Positions 1 through 10,082 of a stretch of DNA of 64,000 nt are shown here, piece by piece. The notes beneath the pieces were generated by a model, which saw only the letters and a list, made by a program, of their open reading frames with translations, did not search any database and was not told where the DNA came from. The DNA is from Dehalococcoidia bacterium (lineage in GTDB: Bacteria > Chloroflexota > Dehalococcoidia > UBA6926), in contig CAXXET010000008.1 of assembly GCA_963666115.2 (NCBI GenBank), positions 176,118 to 240,117 on the forward strand, given 5' to 3'. Both the position numbers and the translations under genes were made by a program. Every line of letters starts with the position of its first letter. Position 1 is the stretch's first letter.

Positions 1-26
1 GCGGGGACGCCGCCGCGCAGAAGCGC

Positions 27-719
27 ATGGGACGTTATCACGTGAGACGGTCAGGCCGCATCCTCCCCGCCGCAGTTCTCATTGCGCTGGGCCTCCTCTT
101 TCTCGCCGGCAACCTCTGGTCGTTCGACCTCTGGTCAACGCTGTGGCCGCTCGTCCTGATCGCCCTCGGCGTGCTGTGGGTCATTCGCGGGCCGCTCTGG
201 CTCGGCCTGCTGATCCTCACCACGGGCGGCATCTTCCTGGCCGACGGCCTGGGCATGGACGTCAGCATGGGCACGTACTGGCCCCTGCTCATCGTCGCGC
301 TCGGCCTCGGCATCCTCCTGGAACGCACGAAATCAGGCCGCCGCCGCGCAAGCCCCCTCCCCGACGGGCAGGAGGTCCTGACCGACGACGAAAGCACGAT
401 CGAGGTATCCGCGACGTTCTCCTCCGCGAGCCGCTCTGTCCTCTCGCAGTCGTTCCGGGGAGGGACGGTTGCGGCGACGTTCGCCAACGTGGAGGTCGAT
501 ATGCGGCAGGCGCGCCTGCACGAAAACGGGGCGGACCTGCAGATTTCCGCAACGTTCGGCGGCGTGACCCTCCGCGTGCCGCGCGATTGGGTCATCCACC
601 AGGACGGCTCCGCAGTGCTGTCCGAGATAGACGACGTGCGGAGCAGCCACCCAACTGAAGGCCCGCCCCTCCGCCTGCGAACGTCAACAACATTCGGCAA
701 CGTGACAATAGAAGACTAG
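27..719 (+). CDS. LiaF-like membrane protein (N-terminal TM segments, C-terminal DUF2154-like domain)
   Basis: Hydrophobic N-terminus with WPLVLIALG/WPLLIVALG; C-terminal FRGGTVAATF..VDMRQA..FGGVTLRVPRDW. Confidence 0.75.
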   Translation: MGRYHVRRSGRILPAAVLIALGLLFLAGNLWSFDLWSTLWPLVLIALGVLWVIRGPLWLGLLILTTGGIFLADGLGMDVSMGTYWPLLIVALGLGILLERTKSGRRRASPLPDGQEVLTDDESTIEVSATFSSASRSVLSQSFRGGTVAATFANVEVDMRQARLHENGADLQISATFGGVTLRVPRDWVIHQDGSAVLSEIDDVRSSHPTEGPPLRLRTSTTFGNVTIED

Positions 720-724
720 GCGCC

Positions 725-753
725 GTTCACCGTGAGCTTGTCGAAGGGTGAAC
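725..753. repeat. REP-like palindrome (GTGAGCTTGTCGAAGG type)
   Basis: GTTCACC..GGTGAAC arms; related cores at about 42447 and 52550. Confidence 0.6.
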
Positions 754-768
754 AGAAAGGGAGGAATA

Positions 769-1500
769 ATGGGCACGAATAGGGCAGGGACGGGTGGCAT
801 TCTGTGGGCGCAGGTCATCGCGATGATGGTGCTGGGCATGGTGTTCGCCCAGGCGCTCGGCTGGATATTCTCCGATGAGCCGTGGAGCAGATTCGTCAGC
901 ATCGGCCTGGTATTCGGCCTCTCAAGCATCGCGTCCGTCCGCAAACGCCACCTCGCAAGCCTGCTCATCTTCGGCGGCGGCATACTCTGGTTCCTCCAGA
1001 TCGTCCGCTTGGACTCCGCCGGCTGGATCGCCTTCGTCGGCTGGGCGCTGGTCGTGGCCGGACTCATCGTCTGGGTCTTCTTCAGCCACGGTCGCGTCGC
1101 CGCGTCTGACTCTGACGCTGAGTCCGAGGACGGGGAGAGCGTCATCGGCGGCGGCGTCACCGAGACGTCCGCAGACGAGATTCACCTGAGCGGCAAGGCA
1201 ACCAGCGCGCGCCGCATAGTAACGTCCCAGTCATTCCGGGGCGGCGAGGTCTCCGTCTCCCTCGGCACGTTGGAAATCGACCTCACATCCGCGCAGCTCG
1301 CCGAGGAAGGCGCATCCCTCGCGCTATCGTCGCAGATGGGCAACCTAACGCTGCGAGTCCCCGCCGATTGGACGCTCCAAATCGACGGCTCATTCAAAAT
1401 GGGCGCAGTCAACGATGACCGCCCCGAAAAGCCAACGGAAGGCCCCGAACTCCGCCTAAACGTAAACACCTCAATGGGCAACATCCACATCACAAACTAG
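769..1500 (+). CDS. LiaF-like membrane protein, tandem paralog
   Basis: Same SQSFRGG..IDL..LTLRVPADW..EGP.LRL motifs as 27..719; GGAGG SD before ATG 769. Confidence 0.75.
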   Translation: MGTNRAGTGGILWAQVIAMMVLGMVFAQALGWIFSDEPWSRFVSIGLVFGLSSIASVRKRHLASLLIFGGGILWFLQIVRLDSAGWIAFVGWALVVAGLIVWVFFSHGRVAASDSDAESEDGESVIGGGVTETSADEIHLSGKATSARRIVTSQSFRGGEVSVSLGTLEIDLTSAQLAEEGASLALSSQMGNLTLRVPADWTLQIDGSFKMGAVNDDRPEKPTEGPELRLNVNTSMGNIHITN

Positions 1501-2908
1501 GCGCCCGCCTATGCCACTCCGTAGCCCCCTGGTAAGCGTGCCCCACGTTAAAGGCAGTCTGCTCATCCCACACGTTGGCAACGATCTGCATCCCTGCCGG
1601 CAGCCCCCCCTGATCGAACCCGATCGGCACGCTCAACGCAGGCATCCCCGTCAAATTGAACGGGAAGAGGTTGCGCGTCCGCAGGAATGAGGCCTCCTCC
1701 TCCCCGTCGCCCACCTGCACCATGATCTGCCCAAGCCGCGCCGCCGTATAGGGAACAGTCGGCATGACAAGAACATCGTAACGCTTCAGTGCGCTTTGGA
1801 CCGATTCCTCCCACACCGCGCGCGCCCGTTGCGCGTTCACATAATCCATCGCGGGGATGGCATAGCCCGGGATCAGGCGGTCGAGAATAGCGTAGCCGTA
1901 CTCCCCGCCCTTGCCCTCCCGTATCCACCGGTGATGGTAGGCGGCGGCCTCCGCCGGCAGGATGGTGGCGAACAGCGCCGGCAGCACGTCCGTGTGCTCC
2001 AGTTCGACGTCCTCCATCTCCATGCCGAGGCCGCGCAGGACATCGTACGCCTGCTCATTGAGCCGCGCCACCTCCGGCACAATCGGCTCCCAAAAGTAGC
2101 CGCGCACGATGCCGGCGCGCAAGCGGCCCACCTCCCCGTCCAGGTTCGCCGCGTAGTTCGGAACGGTGCGCCGCCCGGTCGTCTCATCCTTCGGGTCGTG
2201 CCCCGCGATCGCGCTCAACACGAGCGCGGCATCCTCCACGCTCCGGGCGAGCGGCCCAGCATGGTCGAGCGTCCACGCCAGCGGCACGACGCCGAACTTG
2301 CTGACCCGCCCAAACGACGGCTTGATCCCCGTGACCCCGTTGAAGTGCGACGGGTTGCGGATGGACGCGGCGGTGTCCGTGCCGAGCGCGGCATACGCGA
2401 GCCGTGCGGCGACGACAGCCCCTGAGCCCCCCGACGACCCGCCCGAGCTCCGCTCCAAATCCCACGGGTTGTGCGTCGCGCCGTAGTGCGTATTCTCAGT
2501 CGTGCCGCCGAACGCGAACTCGTCCATGTTGGCGCGGCCAATGATGATCGCCCCCGCCTGCCGCAGCTTGTGGACGGCGGTGGAATCCTCGTCCGGTATC
2601 CAGTCCGCCAGGATGCTGGAACCGGCGGACGAAGGAATCCCCCGCTCCGCAAACAGGTCCTTGACGGCGATAGGCACGCCGTGAAGCGGGCCGTGGTCGA
2701 CGCCCGCGTTCAGCAGGGCGTCAGCCGCTCGCGCCTGCGCCATCGCCCGCTCCGTGTGGACGGCCACGTACCCGTTCACCGTCGGCTCAACCCGCTCGAT
2801 GCGCTCAAGCAGCGCCCGCGTCACCTCCTCGCAGGTAACCTCCCGCGCGTGGATGCGCGCGGAAATCTCCGCAAGCGTCAGGGCTGTCAGGTCGGTAGCG
2901 GATGTCAT
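1490..2908 (-). CDS. amidase-signature family enzyme
   Basis: GPLHGVPIAVKD, GGSSGGSG, LGTDTAASIR (Lys-cisSer-Ser triad motifs). Confidence 0.9.
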   Translation of the reverse strand: MTSATDLTALTLAEISARIHAREVTCEEVTRALLERIERVEPTVNGYVAVHTERAMAQARAADALLNAGVDHGPLHGVPIAVKDLFAERGIPSSAGSSILADWIPDEDSTAVHKLRQAGAIIIGRANMDEFAFGGTTENTHYGATHNPWDLERSSGGSSGGSGAVVAARLAYAALGTDTAASIRNPSHFNGVTGIKPSFGRVSKFGVVPLAWTLDHAGPLARSVEDAALVLSAIAGHDPKDETTGRRTVPNYAANLDGEVGRLRAGIVRGYFWEPIVPEVARLNEQAYDVLRGLGMEMEDVELEHTDVLPALFATILPAEAAAYHHRWIREGKGGEYGYAILDRLIPGYAIPAMDYVNAQRARAVWEESVQSALKRYDVLVMPTVPYTAARLGQIMVQVGDGEEEASFLRTRNLFPFNLTGMPALSVPIGFDQGGLPAGMQIVANVWDEQTAFNVGHAYQGATEWHRRAPSL

Positions 2909-2939
2909 GTCGCGCGTCCGTTAAAGTCAGATAGCAAAA

Positions 2940-4367
2940 CTAGGGAGTCGTGTCCGCCGGCGGACGCCACGTGTGCCAATCGGTTTCCTGCTGGTAGGCG
3001 TGTCCGGCGCGAAGAACCGTCGCCTCATCGAATGGCCGCCCCGCAAGCTGCAGGCCGATGGGCAGCTCGTCGCCGCTGAACCCGCACGGCACGGACATCG
3101 CGGGAACGCCCAGCAGGTTGAACGCCCCCATGTTCCGCGTCAGCGCGCGTGTGAGTTGCAGTTCGCCGCTCCCGACGGCCACCGTCTCATACGCATGGCC
3201 GATCCTCGGCGCCGTGACGGGCGAAGTCGGCAGCGCGAGCACGTCGACCCTCCGCCACACGTCGCGCATCTTCTCGCGCAGGACCGACCGCAAGCGTTGG
3301 GCGTTCACATAATCGACCGCCGGAACCGTCGCCCCCTGCCGCAGACCGGCCAGCACGCGCGAATCGTAATCTCCAGGCCGCTCCCGCATCCACCGGTGGT
3401 GGTAGGCGGCGGCGTCCGCGAACAGGATGGCCGTCTGCATCGGCGCAACCTCGTCCGCAAGCGGAAACTCCACGTCGATAACCCGCGCCCCCTGCCCCGT
3501 GAGCACGTCGATTCCCGCCCGAACCGCGGCCTCCACCTCCGGATCGATCGGGTCCCAGAACGGCTCGCCGGGCACGCCGATGGTCAGGCCGTCGATGGGA
3601 TCGTTCAGCGTGGCGAGATAGTCCGGCACGGGGCGGTTGGCGGACGTGGGATCGAGCGGATCGTGCCCCGCGAGAACGTTGAGGGCGCGCGCGCAGTCCT
3701 CAGCCGTCCGCGCAATCGGCCCAACGTGATCCAGCGACCATGACAACGGCAGGCACCCGTAGCGGCTGACGCGGCCATACGTGGGCTTGATGCCCGTAAC
3801 GCCGCACAGCGTGGCGGGGATGCGAATGGAGCCGCCCGTGTCCGTGCCGATGGCCATGTACCCCATGCCCATGGCAACCGCCGCGCCGGAGCCGCCGCTT
3901 GACCCGCCCGGCACGTGCTCAGGATTCCAGGGGTTGCGCGTGTTGCCGTGATGCGGATTCTCCGTGGTCACGCCAAACGCGAACTCGTGGAGGTTCGTCT
4001 TGCCGATGATCACCGCGCCCGCCTGTCGCAGCTTGCGGACGACGGTCGCGTCAAAGTCAGGCGTCCAGTCGGCCAGTATCTTTGAGCCTGCCGTCGTCGT
4101 GATGCCGGCGGTGGTCAGGATGTCTTTGACAGCGACGGGCACGCCGTGAAGCGGCCCAAGCAGGTGCCCGGCGCGGAGCATGTGGTCCGCGGCCTCCGCC
4201 TCCTGCAAAGCCTGGTCCCGCAGGACGGTGACGAACGCGTTGATGGTGTCATCCGCGTGGGCGACGTGCTCCAGCACGTCCTCCAGCGCATGCGTGGCAG
4301 ACACCTCCTGCGAGTGGATGCGCCGCGCCATCTCCGTAAGGGAGAGCCCAACGCGCTCTTCATTCAT
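2940..4367 (-). CDS. amidase-signature family enzyme
   Basis: GPLHGVPVAVKD, GKTNLHE, PGGSSGGSG, GTDTGGSIRIPA. Confidence 0.9.
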   Translation of the reverse strand: MNEERVGLSLTEMARRIHSQEVSATHALEDVLEHVAHADDTINAFVTVLRDQALQEAEAADHMLRAGHLLGPLHGVPVAVKDILTTAGITTTAGSKILADWTPDFDATVVRKLRQAGAVIIGKTNLHEFAFGVTTENPHHGNTRNPWNPEHVPGGSSGGSGAAVAMGMGYMAIGTDTGGSIRIPATLCGVTGIKPTYGRVSRYGCLPLSWSLDHVGPIARTAEDCARALNVLAGHDPLDPTSANRPVPDYLATLNDPIDGLTIGVPGEPFWDPIDPEVEAAVRAGIDVLTGQGARVIDVEFPLADEVAPMQTAILFADAAAYHHRWMRERPGDYDSRVLAGLRQGATVPAVDYVNAQRLRSVLREKMRDVWRRVDVLALPTSPVTAPRIGHAYETVAVGSGELQLTRALTRNMGAFNLLGVPAMSVPCGFSGDELPIGLQLAGRPFDEATVLRAGHAYQQETDWHTWRPPADTTP

Positions 4368-4372
4368 GCCCG

Positions 4373-4576
4373 CTAGCTCCCGCCCGGCGAGGCATCGGGA
4401 TCGTAAACAACGGCAGGCTCAGTAAGCCCAAAATCCATCTCATCGAGCCGGCTCATAGCCTCCTGGTAAAAAGCAACCCGCCGCTCCAACCCGGGCAGCG
4501 ATTCCTCATCCACACTCACCCCCAAAAGCGCCAACTGCGCCTTAAGTTCCTCCGCCGTCGGTATTGGTCGCCCCAT
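4373..4576 (-). CDS. small GatC/AtzG-like amidase partner protein (67 aa)
   Basis: Short helical ORF ending LDEMDFGLTEPAVVY directly upstream of two amidases; start moved to ATG 4576. Confidence 0.55.
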   Translation of the reverse strand: MGRPIPTAEELKAQLALLGVSVDEESLPGLERRVAFYQEAMSRLDEMDFGLTEPAVVYDPDASPGGS

Positions 4577-4714
4577 GGGCCCACCCCCTATTCCAAAACA
4601 TCCACCGCCATAATACGCCATCGGAGAGGGTAGGTGAGCCGCATGGCATTCGGCTCGCCCTTGCTTTAGAATTGATCCCACCAACGAAATCACCGAGCGC
4701 TTGGGGAGTCAAGG

Positions 4715-6457
4715 ATGCACCAGCAGGGCGGCACTATCGAAAGTACCCTAAAGAGCATCGAGTCACATCAATTTGTTCTGCCCGCCATCCAACGGGAGTT
4801 TGTCTGGCAGCCTGAGCAGGTATGTGATCTGTTCGACAGCCTGATGCAGGGATTCCCGTTCGGCGAGTTCATGTACTGGAAAGTTGAGCCGCAGAACTCC
4901 AGCCAATACCGCTGGTACGACTTTGTGCGTCACTACCACGAGAAGGATAGCCCTCACTGCCCGGAGTTGGGCATCAGGCACAACGAAGCCCTGACAGCCG
5001 TGCTGGACGGGCAGCAGCGGCTGACCGCGTTCAACATCGGGCTCAAGGGCTCAATGGCAAAGAAGCTGCCGTACAAGTGGTGGGCAAGCCCTGATGCATT
5101 TCCCAAGCGGGTGCTGGCGCTTGACCTTCTATCGCCCACAGAGCCGGACGAAGACGGCAGGCGCTATCGATTCGAGTTCATTGACGAACGCCGCATTGGG
5201 ATGGAGGACGATCGGCTCTGGTTCCGTGTGTCCGAGATTCTCGGCCTTGACTCCGGGTCACCCATGCTCCAGTGGCTCCTTGACAAGGATCTGGATAATG
5301 ACAGGCTCCATCAAGCCTTTGGCACACTCGACCGTCTGCACCACGTTATTCGTAAAGACCCCGTCATCGCATGGTACGAGGAAACGAGCCAGGACATTGA
5401 GCGCGTTCTACAGATATTCATCAGGTGCAACAGCGGCGGCACCCCGCTTTCTTACTCCAATCTCCTGTTGAGCATCGCGGTTTCCCAGTGGGAAAAGCTG
5501 GACGCGCGGGCTGAGGTGCATGGACTCGTTGATGAACTCAACGGCATCAGGGACGGATTGCGATTCAATGCCGACTTCGTGCTGAAGGCCGGTCTGATGC
5601 TGACGGACATTGCCAGCGTGGGTTTCCGCGTGGAGAACTTCACGCACGAGAACATGGCCGCACTTGAGAAAAACTGGCAGCGACTCAGGACCGCCCTGCT
5701 CACAACGGCACAACTCATTGACCGCTTCGGATTTGACTCGCGCACTGTCCGCGCCATGAATGCGCTGCTGCCAATCGCCTACTACGTGTACCTGCGGCAA
5801 TTGCCCGAGAGTTTTGTGACGAGCGACCAATTCCTTGAAGATCGGCGAAGGATCAAGAACTGGCTCACTCGTTCAATCCTGAAGCAGTCAGGAATCTGGG
5901 GCGCTGCCGACGCTCTGTTGACCGCTCTCCGGGAAACTATCCGTAACCTTGGGGAGGCCGGTTTCCCTGCTCATGAAATCGGCCGGGTCATGGCACAGCG
6001 GGGCAGGGGGCTGGAATTCCAGGGCGAGGAGATTGACGACCTCGCGGATATGCGGATTTCCGACTCGCGGACGTTCCCGCTGCTTTCAATGCTGTTCCCA
6101 ACTCTTGGTACGCACGGCAGCACCGACATAGACCACGTCTTCCCCAAGAGCAGATTAACGACGACGCAGCTCAACAACATAGGCATCGAATCCGACACGG
6201 CGGAGCGCCTGCAAGACTGGCGTGACCGCCTAGCCAACCTGCAACTCCTCGACTCTACGGTGAACAACGAGAAGCGCGCCGTCATGCCGGCCGAGTGGCT
6301 CGATACCCACTGCCCCGACCCGCAGTCGCGCCAGGCTTACGTTGATCGTCACCTGTTGGGAGATGTCCCGCAAGAACTGCACGGGTTCGAGCAGTTCTAC
6401 GAATCCCGTCGCCAAGCCCTCCGAGACAGGCTCTCCCAACTGGTCAACACTGTTTAG
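4715..6457 (+). CDS. GmrSD-like restriction endonuclease (DUF262 + DUF1524)
   Basis: LPAIQREFVW, LDGQQR, FIRCNSGGTPLS; C-terminal DHVFP..NLQLL..N HNH-like motif. Confidence 0.85.
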   Translation: MHQQGGTIESTLKSIESHQFVLPAIQREFVWQPEQVCDLFDSLMQGFPFGEFMYWKVEPQNSSQYRWYDFVRHYHEKDSPHCPELGIRHNEALTAVLDGQQRLTAFNIGLKGSMAKKLPYKWWASPDAFPKRVLALDLLSPTEPDEDGRRYRFEFIDERRIGMEDDRLWFRVSEILGLDSGSPMLQWLLDKDLDNDRLHQAFGTLDRLHHVIRKDPVIAWYEETSQDIERVLQIFIRCNSGGTPLSYSNLLLSIAVSQWEKLDARAEVHGLVDELNGIRDGLRFNADFVLKAGLMLTDIASVGFRVENFTHENMAALEKNWQRLRTALLTTAQLIDRFGFDSRTVRAMNALLPIAYYVYLRQLPESFVTSDQFLEDRRRIKNWLTRSILKQSGIWGAADALLTALRETIRNLGEAGFPAHEIGRVMAQRGRGLEFQGEEIDDLADMRISDSRTFPLLSMLFPTLGTHGSTDIDHVFPKSRLTTTQLNNIGIESDTAERLQDWRDRLANLQLLDSTVNNEKRAVMPAEWLDTHCPDPQSRQAYVDRHLLGDVPQELHGFEQFYESRRQALRDRLSQLVNTV

Positions 6458-6469
6458 CCAGCAGCGCCG

Positions 6470-6505
6470 CCCTCACCCCAACCCTCTCCCACCGGGAGAA
6501 GGGGG
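6470..6505. repeat. CCCTCACCCCAACCCTCTCCC..GGGAGAAGGGG palindromic element / possible terminator
   Basis: Imperfect hairpin between convergent genes. Confidence 0.5.
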
Positions 6506-6507
6506 CG

Positions 6508-7233
6508 CTACCCCCCGCCGTCGCAGTGCACCAGGTGAGAACCGTCAGCGTTCGTATGCACCGCGTAGGATGCCTCCCCAAGCGTGAAGACGAATTTGTA
6601 CCCCGGCGTGATCACCTGGGCATAGCCAAACCCCTCTTGCGGGCATCCCAGGCTGGCATCCGGCCATGACACGCTTTCAGAGCTGATGAGGGTGAAATCG
6701 TCTTCATCAGCGTTGATCTCATTCGCCAATAGCTCACGCGCAGCAGCCGCTATCTCGCTTGGCGCCGCCTCGCCCTCTTGGTCAGCGCCACCCCCGACCT
6801 CCGGGTGGGCGCTCCAGGTTTCGAAGGGCTGTTGCGAGGCGTCCAGCCTGACGTCTGCCATCTCTCCCGGGGCGAGGTCCAGGGTGGGCGTTGGGCCGAG
6901 TTCGATGCCGTTGGAGAGGTGGACTTCGATGCGGACGCGGCGCAGGGTCCGGTTCGTCGTATTTTCCACCGTGCCCGTGAAGGCGTTGGCCGTCGCGTCG
7001 TAAGAGAGCATCAGCCGCGCGCCGGCGCGAACGACGTCATAGGTGTCCGTCAGGCCGTACTGTATGGCGGATTCTTCGCCGTCGCCCTCACCCGACTCCG
7101 ATTCGCCGTTATGTTCGCCGGATTCCCCGCCCTCGCCATGCTCCCCGGTCTCTTCGCTCCCAGGGGAACACGCCGCGAGCACGGCGACTGTCATGGCAAC
7201 CATCAGCAGCAGGGCGGCCAGCAAACTTTTCAT
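6508..7233 (-). CDS. lipoprotein of unknown function
   Basis: Signal peptide with LAAC lipobox, Glu/Gly-rich linker, C-terminal WPDASLGCP..AQVITPGY motif. Confidence 0.7.
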   Translation of the reverse strand: MKSLLAALLLMVAMTVAVLAACSPGSEETGEHGEGGESGEHNGESESGEGDGEESAIQYGLTDTYDVVRAGARLMLSYDATANAFTGTVENTTNRTLRRVRIEVHLSNGIELGPTPTLDLAPGEMADVRLDASQQPFETWSAHPEVGGGADQEGEAAPSEIAAAARELLANEINADEDDFTLISSESVSWPDASLGCPQEGFGYAQVITPGYKFVFTLGEASYAVHTNADGSHLVHCDGGG

Positions 7234-7315
7234 GGAGTACGCGAACCTCTCGTCATCTCAAGTAATCACGATAACGTCGGGGAGCGGGTAAAGGATAGGT
7301 GACGGGTGTATCCCA

Positions 7316-7354
7316 AAAGAATTGCCCCCCGATGGCGCCGCCATCGGGGGGCAA
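7316..7354 (-). terminator. intrinsic terminator after enoyl-CoA hydratase
   Basis: TTGCCCCCCGATGGCG/CGCCATCGGGGGGCAA stem followed by TTCTTTT on minus strand. Confidence 0.7.
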
Positions 7355-7383
7355 CAGATTCCCGTGGTTATCGAAAGGTCAGC

Positions 7384-8199
7384 TTACCCGCCAACCCACT
7401 GCGGCTTGCGCTTCTCCACGAACGCCCGCGGGCCCTCCGCCGTGTCCTTCGGCGACAGCTGCCGCAGCCGGTTGCTGTTCAGCGACTGGATCTGCAGCGC
7501 CTCCCGCGTGGGCAGGTGCAGCGTCCGCGTGATGTGCTCCTTCGCGACGCGCGTCGCGATCGGCGAGCACTCCGTCACGATCTCCGTCGCCATCGCGACG
7601 GCCGTGTCCATCAACTCCGCCTGCGGAACGACCTGGCTGACGAGGCCCATCCGGTAGCAGTCCGGAGCCTTGTAGCGCCGCCCGGTGATGATGAGTTCCA
7701 TCGCGAGGCCGATGGGGATGGCGCGAGACATGCGCGTCGTGCCGCTGATGGAGAGCAGGCCGCGCCGCGGCTCGAGCAGGCCCATCTCCGCGTTCTCGGA
7801 CATGATGCGGATGTCCGCCCACAGCGCCATCTCGGACCCGCCGCCGAACGCGTACCCGTTGATGGCCGCGATGACCGGCTTGAAGACCTCGATGCTCGGA
7901 TAGGAGTGCAGGCCCTCATTCGGCACCTGCGGCGGGGGCGGCGGCTCCTCGTTGGAGGCGTCCTGCTGCGACTGCCTGCGAAGATCGAGCCCCGTTGAGA
8001 AAGACCGCTCGCCGGCGCCCGTCAGGATGAGCACCCAAGCGTCCGGGTCGTCGCGGAACTCGCGGACGTAGTTGAGCATGGCGGCATTGCCGTCCAGGGT
8101 CAGAGAGTTCAGCGTCTCCGGCCTGTTCATCGTGATCAGCCGGACGTGCTCCGCCGGCGTCGTGTACATAATCTCGGGCTGCGCGTTTTCCTGGGTCAT
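7384..8199 (-). CDS. enoyl-CoA hydratase/isomerase (crotonase) family
   Basis: ITMNRPE, FSTGLDL, KPVIAAINGYAFGGGSE, AFVEKRKP. Confidence 0.9.
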   Translation of the reverse strand: MTQENAQPEIMYTTPAEHVRLITMNRPETLNSLTLDGNAAMLNYVREFRDDPDAWVLILTGAGERSFSTGLDLRRQSQQDASNEEPPPPPQVPNEGLHSYPSIEVFKPVIAAINGYAFGGGSEMALWADIRIMSENAEMGLLEPRRGLLSISGTTRMSRAIPIGLAMELIITGRRYKAPDCYRMGLVSQVVPQAELMDTAVAMATEIVTECSPIATRVAKEHITRTLHLPTREALQIQSLNSNRLRQLSPKDTAEGPRAFVEKRKPQWVGG

Positions 8200-8309
8200 C
8201 TCCTACCTCCCGCCAGTATTGTCCGTATGGCGCGCCACTTGCGCGCCCAAGCGCAAAAACTATAGCACGCCCAAGGCAACCCCGTCAGTTCTTGGAGGAG
8301 CGAAAGGAA

Positions 8310-8681
8310 TCAGCCCCCGTTGCTGAGAACGCCCTCAACCCTGTCAACAAACTGGGCGACCTGTTCGAGACTATCCCGGATGTCCCGGCTAGTGAACTGA
8401 CCCTCGTAGAAGTTCTCATGCAACCCGCCCGCCTCGTTGAAGAGGGTGCGGTAACTGTTATCGTCCGTCTCCTCCACGAGCAGACTCACCACGCCATACA
8501 GGCGGGCATGGCTGTTGTGGTCAAACCCGCGCCGGTCGGCGTAAGCCTTGACCATCTGCGAGGCCGCCCCCCATCCCTTCTCGGACGCCTGACGGAGATC
8601 CTCCGCCTCAAGTTCCACCCAAGCCTGGCCAAGAAACCGCCGGCTCTGCTCCTGGTACCCATTGCTGTCGTGATTCGTCAT
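8310..8681 (-). CDS. PaREP1-like (HEPN superfamily) protein, copy 1
   Basis: QASEKGWGAA, SH, LHENFYE motifs; TATACT-N6-ATG. Confidence 0.75.
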   Translation of the reverse strand: MTNHDSNGYQEQSRRFLGQAWVELEAEDLRQASEKGWGAASQMVKAYADRRGFDHNSHARLYGVVSLLVEETDDNSYRTLFNEAGGLHENFYEGQFTSRDIRDSLEQVAQFVDRVEGVLSNGG

Positions 8682-8733
8682 GGAGACAGTATACGACATG
8701 GGCAGACGGGCAGATTCGCCTCTGAGCGCGGCT

Positions 8734-9111
8734 CTATCCGCTGCCGTTCCGCCCGTTCAGCAAGCCCTCCACCTTATCAACGAATTGCGCGACGCTTTCC
8801 AGGCCGCCCTGCACATCCCGACCGGAGAGCTGTCCCTCATAGAAGTTAGTGTGGAGGCCGCCGGCGTCATGGAAAAGGACGCGGAAGCTGTCATCGTCCG
8901 TCTCGGCGACCAGGCGGCTGACAGCGCCAAAGAGGAGGCCGTGACTATCGTGATTCAGACCCCGCAGAACCGCGTAGGCCTTGACCATCTGGGAAGCAGC
9001 CCCCCACCCCTTCTCGGAGGCCTGGTGGAGGTCTTCGGCTTCCAACTCCACCCAAGCCTGGTCAAGAAACCGCCGCCCCTGCCGCTGGTACCCATTGCTA
9101 AAGCTAGTCAT
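8734..9111 (-). CDS. PaREP1-like protein, copy 2
   Basis: QASEKGWGAA..LHTNFYE; TATACT-N6-ATG. Confidence 0.75.
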   Translation of the reverse strand: MTSFSNGYQRQGRRFLDQAWVELEAEDLHQASEKGWGAASQMVKAYAVLRGLNHDSHGLLFGAVSRLVAETDDDSFRVLFHDAGGLHTNFYEGQLSGRDVQGGLESVAQFVDKVEGLLNGRNGSG

Positions 9112-9170
9112 AGGCACAGTATACGGGATGCGGAACACGCGGACGGGCAGATTCGCTTGTGAGCGTTGTG

Positions 9171-9551
9171 TTATCCGCTGCCGTTCCGCCCATTCAGCAG
9201 CCCCTCAACCTTGTCAACAAACTGCGCGATCTGCCCCAGCGTTGCCCGCAGCACTTCTTTATCCATGCCGCCTTCGTAATAGTTCACGTGGAGGCCGCTG
9301 GCAGTGCTGAAGAGAGTGCCGATGGACGTGTCCCCCGTTTCGCGCGCGAGGGCGCTCGCAACGCTGAAGAGGAAGCCATGCGTATCATGTCGGAGCCCGC
9401 GTTCCTCCGCCGCAGCCTTCACGAGTTGGGCCGCCGCCCCCCATCCCTTCTCGGAGGCCTGGTGCAGATCATCCGCCTCCAGTTCCACCCAAGCCTGATC
9501 GAGGAATACGCGCCCCTGCTGAGCATAAGTCATCCCATAACCATTCATCAT
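9171..9551 (-). CDS. PaREP1-like protein, copy 3
   Basis: QASEKGWGAA..LHVNYYE; TACACT-N6-ATG. Confidence 0.75.
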   Translation of the reverse strand: MMNGYGMTYAQQGRVFLDQAWVELEADDLHQASEKGWGAAAQLVKAAAEERGLRHDTHGFLFSVASALARETGDTSIGTLFSTASGLHVNYYEGGMDKEVLRATLGQIAQFVDKVEGLLNGRNGSG

Positions 9552-9597
9552 CGAAACAGTGTACCTGAGTCTGCTCTACGTTCCCGGAGGCACGGCG

Positions 9598-9978
9598 TTA
9601 TCCGCTGCCGTTCCGACCGTTCAGCAGCCCCTCGATCCTCTCAACAAGCAGCTCGATGTCCTGCAGCGCGGCGCGGATGTCCTCCGCGCTGATCCCCCCT
9701 TCATAGTAGTTGACGTGGAGTCCGCTCGCGATCTGAAACCCGCGGCGAATGACGCCGTCGCCGTCGTCCTCGCCGATGATGCCGGTCGCGCGAAACAGCA
9801 GCCCATGAGTGTCATGCGGGATGCCGCGCTCATCCGCCGCAGCCTTCACCAGTAGCGCCGCCGCGCCCCACCCCTTCTCCGCCGCCTGCGACAGATCCCC
9901 CCGCGCAAGCTCATCAAAAGCCTGCGACAGGTAAACCCGCCCCTGCTCCGCATAGGTCACGCCGTAGCCATTCATCAT
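9598..9978 (-). CDS. PaREP1-like protein, copy 4
   Basis: QAAEKGWGAA..LHVNYYE; TATACT-N6-ATG. Confidence 0.75.
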   Translation of the reverse strand: MMNGYGVTYAEQGRVYLSQAFDELARGDLSQAAEKGWGAAALLVKAAADERGIPHDTHGLLFRATGIIGEDDGDGVIRRGFQIASGLHVNYYEGGISAEDIRAALQDIELLVERIEGLLNGRNGSG

Positions 9979-10082
9979 GCAAGCAGTATACAGGGGTGGA
10001 ATGGCTGTAAAGAAAACCCTTCAGCAGTTCAGGAGTGAAGGTGAAAGGGCTTGGCGTCAGTCTGCGGAAAGAGAGCGGACTA

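Noticed and set aside
1490-4576. gatCAB
   Set aside because: No gatB; two amidases of general amidase type.
8310-9978. Diversity-generating retroelement or integron explaining the PaREP1 array
   Set aside because: No reverse transcriptase or IntI; differences are not adenine-specific; no attC-like sites between copies.
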